DNA of 64,000 nt. Source: an uncultured delta proteobacterium (lineage in GTDB: Bacteria > Myxococcota_A > Polyangia > Haliangiales > Haliangiaceae). Every line of letters begins with the position of its first letter. Within the stretch, counting starts at the first letter, position 1. Position numbers and translations under genes: made by a program. The stretch is taken from the NCBI GenBank assembly GCA_963743525.1, contig CAVUQH010000002.1, positions 256,001 through 320,000 on the forward strand, read 5' to 3'. Shown one piece after another: positions 1 to 11,457 of this stretch. The notes under the pieces were generated by a model that had not been told where the DNA came from, searched no databases, and worked only from the letters and a program-made list of their open reading frames with translations.

Positions 1-2102
<2,102 letters not shown>

Positions 2103-2326
2103 CCGTTTACCCAGTGACGCCTTCGGTTGGAGAGATCCCGTCCGATCCCGGGAGACGGGATGCGGGAAAGCGCCGCCAGTGTGGGGGGCCCCTATGACAA
2201 TCCGGAGCCGTTCGTAGCCCGATTCACCCGAGATCGCCACACACGGGGCAGAACAGGTCAAGTTTTCGGCCAACCCCCCGGTAACGTTGGGGCGAGATCC
2301 GTCGCCTCGTGCTATCACCGGTGGCG

Positions 2327-4060
2327 ATGCGGACCGCCGCGTGGGCCATCGTGGCCGCCGCCCTCGCCCTCGTCCTGGCGGCCCCGCCCGTCCGGGCCGC
2401 GCCCCAGGTGGTGGTCAAAGCCCGCACCGCCATCGAGGTCAACCCGGTGCGGCGCGACGCCAACGGCATCGTCGTGCGCGGCCGTGTGGTCAACAAATTC
2501 AGCCGCGCACCGATCGGCTGGGTTGGCCTGCAGGTGGCTCTCGACCAGCTGGTTCGCCAGGTGGCGACCGACTCGGCCGGCGGCTTCGAGGCCCGGTTCC
2601 AGGTCACGACCGGCCGCCACGACCTGATCGTCAGCTTCGACGGCGACCTGCGCCACGACCCGTCGCGGTTCGAGATGCTCGGCTTCGACGTCACCAAGAA
2701 CCCGCTGTCGCTGCACCTGTCGCTGTCGCGGGCGGTGGCCAGCTATGGCGCCGACACCGTCGAGGTGTTCGTCACCTCCGAGACCGACTTCGGCGGCGTG
2801 CCGCTGCCGATCCAGCTGACCCTGGCCGACGAGGACGCCCCCACCGACGTCCACCCGCTGCGGGTCGTCACCGACGCCAACGGCAAGGGCAAGATCGAGC
2901 TGCCGCCGGACCGGCTGGGCGCCCCCGGGCGCAAGCTGGTGGTCGCCCACTACCCCGGCGACGACGCCTATGACCGCGCCGAGGACCAGGTGTCGTTCCT
3001 GGTCAAGACCGACACCACCACCGAGCTGACCCTGGGCAAGAGCCGCATCGCCTACGAGGATCACCTGCGCGGCGCGGGCCGGGTGGTCAACGCCAGCGGC
3101 AAGGGCATCCCCGACGGCGCCATCGCGGTGATGTCCGGCAACCAGCGGATCGCCGACACCGCCACCGGCGACGACGGCCGCTTCAGCTTCTCCATCGCCG
3201 GCTCCGAGCTGGGCGCCGACAAGCACGCCATCCAGGCCATCTTCGAACCATCCAAGGACTGGCAGCGCGCCAGCCGGTCGACGCCGCCGCAGCTGGTGGA
3301 GGTCGCCCAGCCCGAGCCGGTGCCGGTCAGCTATACGGTGGCGGCGTTCGCGGCTGCGGCGCTGATGATCCTTCTGTTCATCCTCGCGCGCACCCGGCCG
3401 TGGGAGCGCTGGCTGACCCGCCTGCGCGCGCGCCGCGCGGCGCCGGCGGAGCGCACCGAGGAAGGCGCCGACGACAGCGGCCCCGAGCGAGCGGTGCAGA
3501 CCGGCCTGTCGCTGGCCCGGCCGAGCCTGGTGTCAACCCTGCGGCGCAGCCGCGACCTGGGCTTTGCCGGCGTGGTCCGCGACGCCCTGAGCCAGCGACC
3601 GGTGGCCGGCGCCGCGCTGACCCTGGAAAACGACGCCGGCGAGCAGCGCACCGCCAGCCCCGATGCCGGCGGCCGCTTCGCCGTCGAGGAGCTGTTGCCC
3701 GGGCGCTGGACCGTGGCCGTCAGTGCCCACGGCTACGTCACCGAGCGGTTCGACATCACCCTGCCCCACCGCGGCGAGCTGCGCGGAGTGCGCGTCAACC
3801 TGCTGGCCGTACGGGAGCGGATCTTCGCCCTCTACGGCGTCGCCGCACGGCCGCTCCTGCCCGATCCGGAGTTGTGGGGCATCTGGTCGCCGCGGCAGAT
3901 CTTCACCCACGTCCGCACCGACCGGCCCCCGGCCTCGGCGATGTCCGAGCTGACCGACTTCGTCGAGGAGACCTACTTCTCCCAGCGGATCCCGGGGGAG
4001 GAGCAGATCGGCGAGGCGCGGGAGAGAATCGCCCGGGTCCGCGAAGAAACCGGCCCGTAG
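2327..4060 (+). CDS. Exported membrane-anchored protein with Ig-like / carboxypeptidase-regulatory-like domains
   Basis: Signal peptide MRTAAWAIVAAALALVLAAPPVRA, beta-rich repeats (TDANGKG, TGDDGRFSF, DAGGRFAVEELLPGRWTVAV), one internal TM helix. Confidence 0.7.
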   Translation: MRTAAWAIVAAALALVLAAPPVRAAPQVVVKARTAIEVNPVRRDANGIVVRGRVVNKFSRAPIGWVGLQVALDQLVRQVATDSAGGFEARFQVTTGRHDLIVSFDGDLRHDPSRFEMLGFDVTKNPLSLHLSLSRAVASYGADTVEVFVTSETDFGGVPLPIQLTLADEDAPTDVHPLRVVTDANGKGKIELPPDRLGAPGRKLVVAHYPGDDAYDRAEDQVSFLVKTDTTTELTLGKSRIAYEDHLRGAGRVVNASGKGIPDGAIAVMSGNQRIADTATGDDGRFSFSIAGSELGADKHAIQAIFEPSKDWQRASRSTPPQLVEVAQPEPVPVSYTVAAFAAAALMILLFILARTRPWERWLTRLRARRAAPAERTEEGADDSGPERAVQTGLSLARPSLVSTLRRSRDLGFAGVVRDALSQRPVAGAALTLENDAGEQRTASPDAGGRFAVEELLPGRWTVAVSAHGYVTERFDITLPHRGELRGVRVNLLAVRERIFALYGVAARPLLPDPELWGIWSPRQIFTHVRTDRPPASAMSELTDFVEETYFSQRIPGEEQIGEARERIARVREETGP

Positions 4061-4123
4061 CGGCACACGGCCGGCGCCGGGGGCTGGCGACGGCGCCCGC
4101 CGCACAGGTATAACCGGCCGACC

Positions 4124-5302
4124 ATGGGAATGGAGATCGTCTGGGCGCTCGGCGCGCTGGTCGCGGTGGGCGTGTTCCTGCTGATCGTCCGGCGCGCGTC
4201 CAATCGACAGCTCGCCGACGGCGGCGAGGCGATGCGCAAGCGCCTGCGCGACGTCGGCCGCGACGACGAGGAGGCGCCCGAGGAGGCTGTCGAGGAGGCC
4301 GAAGCCGAGGAGGAAGAGGCCGAGGAGCCCGAGGACGAGGACGAGGAAGAAGAAGCGGAGGAAGCCGAGCCGGAGGAGCCGGCCGGACGCTCCCTGGACG
4401 AGGGCCTGGCCCGGACCCGGGGCGGCTTCGTCGCCCGCCTGGGCAAGCTGTTCGCCAAGAAGACCATCGACGACGACGTCCTCGAGGAGCTGGAGCAGGT
4501 GCTTTTCGAGGCCGATATCGGGCCCAAGACCGCGGAACGACTGTTCTCGGTCATCAAGAAGTCGATGAAGAAGGACGAGCTGGCCGACCCGGCGGCGATC
4601 TGGTCACGGATCCGCGAGGAGTCGGCCACCATCCTCTCAGTGGACTCTCCCGCCGTGGATTTCTCGGCCCACAAACCGTTCGTGTTGCTCACCATCGGAG
4701 TCAACGGCGTCGGCAAGACGACGACCATCGGCAAGCTCGCAGCCAAGCTGTCGCGCGAGGGCAAGAAGGTCTTGCTCGCCGCCGGCGACACCTTCCGCGC
4801 CGCCGCGGTCGAGCAGCTCGAGATCTGGGGCAAGCGCTCCGGCTCGGACGTGGTCAAGGGCAAGTCCGGTGGAGATCCCTCGTCGGTCATCTTCGACGCC
4901 ATTCGCAAGGGCGCCGAGGAGGGCTACGACGTGGTCATCGCCGACACCGCCGGCCGCCTGCACACCAAGAAGGAGCTGATGGACGAGCTCAAGAAGGTGG
5001 GCCGGGTGTGCGAGAAGGCGCTGCCCGGGGCCCCCCACGAGACCTGGTTGGTCCTCGACTCGACCACCGGACAGAACGCCATCCAGCAGGCGCAGCTGTT
5101 CAAAGAGGCGATGAACATCACCGGGATCGTCCTGACCAAGCTCGACGGCACCGCCAAGGGCGGTGTCATCCTGGGAATCTGTGACGAGATGAAAGTGCCG
5201 GTCCGCTACATCGGCATCGGCGAGCAGGTGGACGATCTGCGGGTGTTCGACCCGGAATCGTTCGTCGCAGCCCTCTATCAGGAGGCTGCCAATGCTGCAT
5301 GA
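4124..5302 (+). CDS. ftsY: Signal recognition particle receptor FtsY
   Basis: [33 protein letters not shown] and [10 protein letters not shown] motifs; N-terminal TM helix plus acidic region. Confidence 0.97.
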   Translation: MGMEIVWALGALVAVGVFLLIVRRASNRQLADGGEAMRKRLRDVGRDDEEAPEEAVEEAEAEEEEAEEPEDEDEEEEAEEAEPEEPAGRSLDEGLARTRGGFVARLGKLFAKKTIDDDVLEELEQVLFEADIGPKTAERLFSVIKKSMKKDELADPAAIWSRIREESATILSVDSPAVDFSAHKPFVLLTIGVNGVGKTTTIGKLAAKLSREGKKVLLAAGDTFRAAAVEQLEIWGKRSGSDVVKGKSGGDPSSVIFDAIRKGAEEGYDVVIADTAGRLHTKKELMDELKKVGRVCEKALPGAPHETWLVLDSTTGQNAIQQAQLFKEAMNITGIVLTKLDGTAKGGVILGICDEMKVPVRYIGIGEQVDDLRVFDPESFVAALYQEAANAA

Positions 5303-5366
5303 CAATCGAGCCGCGGAGCTGCCGCAACCTGTCAGGAGCGGCCGGGTCTATTCCCCGGTCACCGGC

Positions 5367-5396
5367 TTGCGCCGCGAAAAAACGCCATGTTATAGT
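5367..5396 (+). promoter_or_regulatory. Putative sigma70 promoter of the barrel operon
   Basis: TTGCGC-18 nt-TATAGT with an extended -10 TG. Confidence 0.5.
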
Positions 5397-5485
5397 GCGC
5401 CAGCGCTCGCGAGAGGGTCTAAACGCTGGGAATCGCAGGGCTTTTTCGGGTGCCCATGCAGCCCCGGCGAAGGGAGAAAGCGTCG

Positions 5486-6460
5486 ATGACGTGTCCGTCG
5501 AATCACCGTAACCGCTGGCTTTGGTCGCTGCTGGCCGTCGCCCTGATCGTGGCGGTGCCCGGCATGCGAACCCGCGCCTACGCACAAGACGACGACGACG
5601 ACGACATGACGTTCGATCCGGATGACATGTCCGGTGATCAGAACAAGGACGATGCCAAGAAGCCCGACCAGGGCGACCAGGGCGACCAGGGTGACACCGC
5701 CGAGCCCGAGCCCGGCGACGAGCCGGAGCCCGAGCCCGAGCCCGAGCCGGGCGAAGGCAAGGCAGTCGATACCACCAAGGACGTCAAGCTGGGCGAGAAC
5801 CGCGTCTCCTGGCAGGACATCGTCGTCGTCGTGCGCAAGCCGTTCCTCAAGGTCGGCCGCGTCGAGTTGCTCCCCACCTGGGGCGTGACGATGAACGACA
5901 ACATCATTCAGCACGTTCAGTTCAACGGCATGTTGAACTACTGGCTGACCGACGCACTGGCCGTCGGTGTCGAGGGTGGGCTGTACGTCAAGAACCTGCG
6001 CGAGCCGTTCGACCTGGTGGCGCGACAGGCGCGCCGTCTACCCACGGTCAACAAGTACAACTTCGGCGCGGCCCTCGACTTCCACTACGTGCCCGTCTAC
6101 GGCAAGTTCGCCGTCCTCGACAAGCACCTGCTGCACTGGGAGATGTTCTTCACCGCCGGCGTCGGCTTCACCCAGAGCGAGGTGATTCCGCGCGACCCGG
6201 CGCTGCAGCCGTTCAAGAACTTCCTCATCACGCCCAACGTCGGCGCGTCGATGCGGTTCTTCCTGACCAAGTTCCTGACCGTGCACGTCGGCCTCCGCGA
6301 CTACATCTTCGTGGACAAGTTCGAGGCCACGAACCGGACGGAAATCAGCGGCTCGGCGGCCAAGATGAATGCCGACTCGTCGCTGGTCAACAACGTCATC
6401 TTGCAGCTGGGCGTCAGCTTCTGGCTGCCGACCTCGTTCGAGTACACGACCTTCCGCTAG
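5486..6460 (+). CDS. Outer-membrane beta-barrel protein, myxobacterial GltA/GltB-like family
   Basis: Signal peptide, acidic D/E/P linker, [27 protein letters not shown] and LRDYIF motifs; AGGGAG RBS. Confidence 0.8.
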   Translation: MTCPSNHRNRWLWSLLAVALIVAVPGMRTRAYAQDDDDDDMTFDPDDMSGDQNKDDAKKPDQGDQGDQGDTAEPEPGDEPEPEPEPEPGEGKAVDTTKDVKLGENRVSWQDIVVVVRKPFLKVGRVELLPTWGVTMNDNIIQHVQFNGMLNYWLTDALAVGVEGGLYVKNLREPFDLVARQARRLPTVNKYNFGAALDFHYVPVYGKFAVLDKHLLHWEMFFTAGVGFTQSEVIPRDPALQPFKNFLITPNVGASMRFFLTKFLTVHVGLRDYIFVDKFEATNRTEISGSAAKMNADSSLVNNVILQLGVSFWLPTSFEYTTFR

Positions 6461-6470
6461 GAGCCAGGCC

Positions 6471-7319
6471 ATGCGAATGCTCAAGACGCTCTCCATCCGC
6501 ATCGCGCTTGCCGGGATCGCCCTGGCGGTGGCCGCGCCCAGCGCGCTCGCCGACCGAAAGAACCCGCTCGACGGCCAGCCGGCCGTGCGCCACCGCAAGC
6601 TCTTGGTCAACAAGCGCTTCGAGGCGACGCCGATGTTCGAGTCGACCATCAACGCCGACTACAAGCACACCGTAGGCGGCGGTCTGAAGCTCGAGTTCCA
6701 CATGTCCGACATGCTGTCGATCGGCTTCGTCGGCGTGTTCGGCACCAGCTTCAACACCGGTCTGTCGAACAAGATCATCGCCACGCTGCCGCAGACCAGC
6801 GCGCCGGACGATCCGGATCCGACGCCGACCAAGGACGAGTTCTCGCAGCACCTGAACGACATGCCGGTGCATGGCGCGGCCTACGTCAGCATCACGCCCT
6901 GGTACGGCAAGCTGGCCGCCTTCGGCAAGGCGTTCGTGCCGTTCGACTTCTACTTCCAGGGCGGCATCTCGTTCGCCTCGCTCAAGGGCAACTGCACCCA
7001 GCAGGTGTGCAACGACACGATGGTCGGCGTCCTCGACCCGGCCAACGGCCTGCCCGACAACGACCCCAACAACGACCCGGCGCTGAACGACGGCTTCAAG
7101 GCCGGCCTCTACCTGGGCGGCGGCATCCACGTGTTCCTCAGCGACTTCATCGCTCTGGACCTGACCGTGCGCGACTACCTGTTCCAGGACAACCCGTCGG
7201 GCCTCGACTTCAACGCCGACCTGTTCGTGAAGAAGGACGACCTCCGCTTCCTGAACCACCTGTTCATGGGCGTCGGCGTGTCGATCCTGCTGCCGACCAA
7301 GGTCAAGCGGACCAACTAG
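6471..7319 (+). CDS. Outer-membrane beta-barrel protein, myxobacterial GltA/GltB-like family (paralogue)
   Basis: Signal peptide; [25 protein letters not shown] and VRDYLF motifs shared with the upstream gene. Confidence 0.8.
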   Translation: MRMLKTLSIRIALAGIALAVAAPSALADRKNPLDGQPAVRHRKLLVNKRFEATPMFESTINADYKHTVGGGLKLEFHMSDMLSIGFVGVFGTSFNTGLSNKIIATLPQTSAPDDPDPTPTKDEFSQHLNDMPVHGAAYVSITPWYGKLAAFGKAFVPFDFYFQGGISFASLKGNCTQQVCNDTMVGVLDPANGLPDNDPNNDPALNDGFKAGLYLGGGIHVFLSDFIALDLTVRDYLFQDNPSGLDFNADLFVKKDDLRFLNHLFMGVGVSILLPTKVKRTN

Positions 7320-7353
7320 ACGACCACGCGCCGGACTCCGGCGCCACACCGAG

Positions 7354-7393
7354 ACGCGAGCACGCCGAAAAGCGTGCTCGCGTTTTGCGTTTC
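7354..7393 (+). terminator. Intrinsic terminator after the barrel genes
   Basis: 12-bp stem ACGCGAGCACGC/GCGTGCTCGCGT, 6-nt loop, T-rich tail. Confidence 0.8.
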
Positions 7394-7439
7394 GGGGACC
7401 AGCCCCGCCCCCGCACCGCCCCGCCCCCCACGCTGCCCC

Positions 7440-7801
7440 GGACCCGGGCGCGAGCACGGACGCGGCCCCGGCCCCGGACCCGGACCCGGACCCGGACCCG
7501 GACCCGGTCGCGGACCCGGTCACGGTCGCGGACCCGGACCCGGACCCGGTCGCGGACCCGGACGCGGACCCGGACCCGGTCGCGGTCGCGGTCGCGGACC
7601 CGGTCGCGGACCCGGACCCGGACCCGGTCGCGGATCCGGACCCGGTCGCGGACCCGGACCCGGACCCGGACCCGGTCGCGGACCCGGTCGCGGACCCGGA
7701 CCCGGTCGCGGTCGCGGACCCGGTCGCGGTCGCGGACCCGGTCGCGGACCCGGACCCGGTCGCGGTCGCGGACCCGGTCACGCAGGCGCGGACCCGGTCG
7801 C
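7440..7801. repeat. Intergenic hexamer tandem array (~57-60 units of GGACCC/GGTCGC, consensus GGNCNC)
   Basis: Read directly: unbroken 6-nt phase from 7440 to ~7781, between convergent genes. Confidence 0.95.
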
Positions 7802-7809
7802 GCGCGCGC

Positions 7810-8208
7810 CTACGGGCTACATTCGTTCGCCGCCGACAATCGTCCCTGCGCCAGCACCACGCAGGTCAACCCCAGCTGCGAGTCGAGCTCGAACGTCACC
7901 ACGACGTTGTCGCCGGCATCGCCGGCGAACGGCTGGGTCGCGGCCACGCTGCCGTCGGCCTCGGCCGTCGTGATGACGCCGACGCCCTTGTCGCGGTTGT
8001 ACACGTAGACCACCGCGTTCGAGTACGACGCGTCCGCATCGTAGGTGAACACCGCCGTGCCGCCAGTCGTGTCGATGTCGAAGACCATCCGCGTCGGCGA
8101 TGGCGGCGGAATCGGAACCGTCGGCGTGAAGCAGGCCGACAGGCCCACGCACAGCCCGAAAACGAGCGCGAGGGCGAACGAGACCAGCGTGCGGCGCCGA
8201 GTAGACAT
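7810..8208 (-). CDS. Small lipoprotein, hypothetical
   Basis: MSTRRR, hydrophobic stretch and lipobox LSAC; beta-rich body. Confidence 0.75.
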   Translation of the reverse strand: MSTRRRTLVSFALALVFGLCVGLSACFTPTVPIPPPSPTRMVFDIDTTGGTAVFTYDADASYSNAVVYVYNRDKGVGVITTAEADGSVAATQPFAGDAGDNVVVTFELDSQLGLTCVVLAQGRLSAANECSP

Positions 8209-8261
8209 GTCCAAGACCTAGCGGTGCAAGCCTCGGGCCGCAGGCGCCCAACGAGGTTCCG

Positions 8262-8277
8262 CGCACTTATGATGCCA
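8262..8277 (-). promoter_or_regulatory. Putative sigma54 promoter
   Basis: Minus strand TGGCATCATAAGTGCG, with GG and GC at -24/-12 spacing. Confidence 0.4.
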
Positions 8278-8351
8278 GAGCGCCAACCTAGTTGCCAGTC
8301 GCCCTGGCCCACTGCCGACTCGGTTGTCAGCCTCGCTGCGCCTCGGGCGAC

Positions 8352-10533
8352 CTAGTTGATCGGGACGTCCGGGATGACCGGCGGCACCAGGAAGTAGACG
8401 TCGCGGGTATCCAGCACCGTCACGCCGTCGCCCTCGACCACCACGGAGGCCTTGAACATCTGCGGCGTATCCAGTGCGGGCACCGTGGTGTTCATCTTCG
8501 GCACCACGTCGAAGCAGACCGTGGTCCCCGGGTTCACGTTGTCGAACGTGTCGTTGATGGTGTCGGCATTGGTGTCCACCGCCGTCAGTCCCGACGCGCA
8601 CGGCGCGCCGGCCGTCGGGTTGGCCTCGATGCGGTCGACGAACGCCGCCACCGCGTCGACCGAGTCGGACGGATCGTCCTGCGCCTGCCCGCCGACGTCG
8701 AGCACCACGTACGAGGCCAGCACCTTGATGGCGGTCGCCACCGAGGTGCCCAGACCGGCGCCGTTGGAGCCGTTCACGCGGAACAGCAGCGGGCACATGC
8801 CGCCCTGAGCCGCCTCGCCGGCGCCGTTGATACCGGTACAGCACTGGCCGACCGCGCAGCCGGACGGCCGCGAGCCGGACGGCCCCCAGGCGTCGGGCGG
8901 AACCACCGCGCCGGTCTGGTTGACCGCGTAGCCGGCGTCGATGCGGGCGTCGTCGGTGCCGCAGCCGCCCACCTGGGGCGTCGAGATCACCGCGATGACG
9001 CGCGCCGACAGCGCCTGCAGCGCGCTCACCGCCGTCGCGCGGGTGGCCGCACCGCTGAAGCTGTAGGCGTAGCCGAGGGCGGAGTTGTGGTTGCACGCGT
9101 CGGTCATCCACACCGCGATCGGCAGCGACCCGGCGCGGAAGCCGACGCCACCGATGGTGCCGGTCTGCTCGCCGGCCGGCGGCGCCGTCGGATAGGCGGT
9201 GGCCGGGTTGAACGCCGGCACGTTGGCGTTGCCGACGGTGACGCCGGCGCCGGAAGCCAGCTGATACATCGCCTCCCAGCCGCCCTCGGGCGAGTCGTAG
9301 CCGCCGCTGGCCGCGTAGTTGTTGACCTGCGCCTGAATCGACGCCAGCCCGGCAGCGGTGTTTGCCGTCATCACCCGGTGGAACAGGTGGAACGGCTGAT
9401 CGCCGGCGTTGCCGTAGGTCCCGGTCGGGAAGTCCTTGTACTCGGCCACGGCGAAGCCGGTGTTGGGAATCTGGCTGCGCACGCTGCTCACCAGCGAGCT
9501 GACCGACGTCTTGAGATTGCCAATCTCCTCGCCCATCGACCCGGTGGTGTCCATGGCGAAGGCGACATCGGCCTGGCTGACGTCGGTGGCGAAGTCGAGG
9601 GTGTCGTCGGGCGGCGATGGCGCGTCCTGATAGGGCACGATGAAGACGAAGTCGCCGTTGGCCTGCGGGTTGTCCGTGCCGTTGGTCGGGTCGGTGCCGG
9701 CCGAGACTTCGATCAGAATCGCTGGCGCCGTCGCCGTCGGTGTCGCCGTTGGTCGGCGAGCTCTCGCCCGAATCGACCATGCCGTTGCAGTTGGCGTCCT
9801 CGGCGCCGTCGGTCAGGCCGTCGTTGTCGGAGTCGAGGTCGAGGAAGTCGGGGCGCATGTCGCCGTCGGTGTCCCGCGCCGGGGTCGACAGGTCGCTGTC
9901 GCCGGCCTCGGCCGCATCGGGCACGCAGTCGCCGTCCGAGTCGAGGTCGAGATACGACGGCACGTTGTCCATGTCCGGATCCGAGGCCCGCTCTTCGGCG
10001 TCGGCGATGGTGTCGGCGTCGGAGTCGAGGTCGTGGTAGTCGGGGGTGCCGTCGCCGTCGGAATCGGGCGGCGCCTGCGGCGAGCCCTGCAGCTCGAGGG
10101 TGTCCATCAGCCCATCGCCGTCGTCGTCGAGATCCTGGAAGTTGCCGCGGCCGTCGCCGTCGAGATCCTCGACGCCGTCAACGCCATCCTCGATGCCGTT
10201 GTCGTCCGAATCGGTGTCGCGGAAGTCGGGGACGCCGTCGCTGTCGGAGTCGATGGGCGGAGTGCCGGTCTGGTCGTCGCCGGCCTCGCGGTAGTCGGGG
10301 ATGCCGTCGCCGTCGGAGTCGTCGTCGAGATAGTCGGGGGTGCCGTCGCCGTCGGTGTCAACGTTCTGCGCCTTGCCCTCGTCCTGATCGGAGATGCCGT
10401 CGCCATCGGCGTCGGGCTGGTTGGAAACCACGCCGCCGTCGCCGTCGGCCGGATTGTCCGGACCGGGCCCGCAGCCGGTGGCGGCGAGCGGCAAGATGGC
10501 GGCGAGAGCCAGGGCGATGAGAGTTCGGCGCAT
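8352..10533 (-). CDS. Surface lipoprotein with Ca-binding DxDxDG (thrombospondin type 3-like) repeats and a VWA domain; +1 frameshift near 9718
   Basis: Lipobox ATGC and many DSDGDG repeats. Removing one T joins ...GASD-LIEVSAGTDP...VPYQ to the 8352-9638 ORF, which has the MIDAS-like motif DTTGSM. Confidence 0.8.
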
Positions 10534-10556
10534 ACTTCTCCTCCGCCCTGGCTCTA

Positions 10557-10572
10557 TCCAAGTGCCGTGCCA
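10557..10572 (-). promoter_or_regulatory. Putative sigma54 promoter of the VWA lipoprotein
   Basis: TGGCACGGCACTTGGA: perfect -24 element, one mismatch at -12. Confidence 0.5.
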
Positions 10573-10653
10573 CTCTAACCCACTGAAATCTCGTTCACGT
10601 GGGGTCGAATGACCTATGAAAAGTTTTCATAGCTCGGGGTCAATGAGACCCAG

Positions 10654-11334
10654 CTAACGAATTCTGATGTGCGCTCCCGAGTGACCGCCGCGCTCGCCGA
10701 GGGTGGCGGTGACGGTCACGCCGACGCCGTTGCGCTCGACTTCGATCTTCACCCGCTCGCCGCCGTCGTGGGCCTGAACCGCTCGCTTCAGCTGGCTGGG
10801 CGTGGCCACGGCCTCGCCGTCGAGCTGGCGAATGATGTCGCCCTTCATCAGCCCGGCGCGCTCGGCTGGAGAGCCCGGGGAGACCTCGGTCACGCGCACC
10901 TTGCCGCCAGCGTCTTCGAGCCCGACACCCAGCCAGGTGCGCGGGTCGCTGTGCCAGATGTTGATGCCGTCTGGCTGCCAGAATGGGTGCATACCGCGCA
11001 GCTCGCACGGCTCGTGGGCGACCGCCAGCGGTCCTACCATGGCCGGCTGCCGCCGCACCTCGCCGCGGAACGCCAGCAGCGCCATGGTGAAGCCGAGAGC
11101 GACCCCGGCAAGGGACGCCAGGGAGACCAGCAGCGCCAGTCGGCCGCGGTCGTGCACCAGTACCACCGCTTCTCGCTGCAGCGGCGGCGTCATCGGCGGT
11201 GGTGGTGTCTGGGCGCCCCCTGGCAGGGGCGGCGGGGGCAACGGCTCGGCCAGCGTTTCGTCGGCCGCCACCGGCGCGTCAACCGGTGGGTCAGTAGGAG
11301 GTGGTGTGGGCGGGTTGGAATCGTTGCTGCTCAT
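10654..11334 (-). CDS. Membrane-anchored PDZ domain protein
   Basis: Pro-rich N-terminus, TM helix, WLGVGL...VSPGSPAERAGLMKGDII PDZ signature. Confidence 0.85.
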   Translation of the reverse strand: MSSNDSNPPTPPPTDPPVDAPVAADETLAEPLPPPPLPGGAQTPPPPMTPPLQREAVVLVHDRGRLALLVSLASLAGVALGFTMALLAFRGEVRRQPAMVGPLAVAHEPCELRGMHPFWQPDGINIWHSDPRTWLGVGLEDAGGKVRVTEVSPGSPAERAGLMKGDIIRQLDGEAVATPSQLKRAVQAHDGGERVKIEVERNGVGVTVTATLGERGGHSGAHIRIR

Positions 11335-11457
11335 GGGTACTTCCTTGGCGTTGCGTAGCCTCGCATCGCGCTCTCACTTGTGCCTACCGCCCTCGGACCG
11401 TGCGCTATTCCCTTCCGTGGCGCTCGTTTCGGGCGCGTGCTACCGTCCTGTAAAGCC

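Noticed and set aside
7440..7801. CRISPR array
   Set aside because: No 23-50-nt repeats with unique spacers, and no cas genes.
9710..9725. Programmed ribosomal frameshift
   Set aside because: No slippery heptamer or downstream stimulator; a sequencing indel is simpler.
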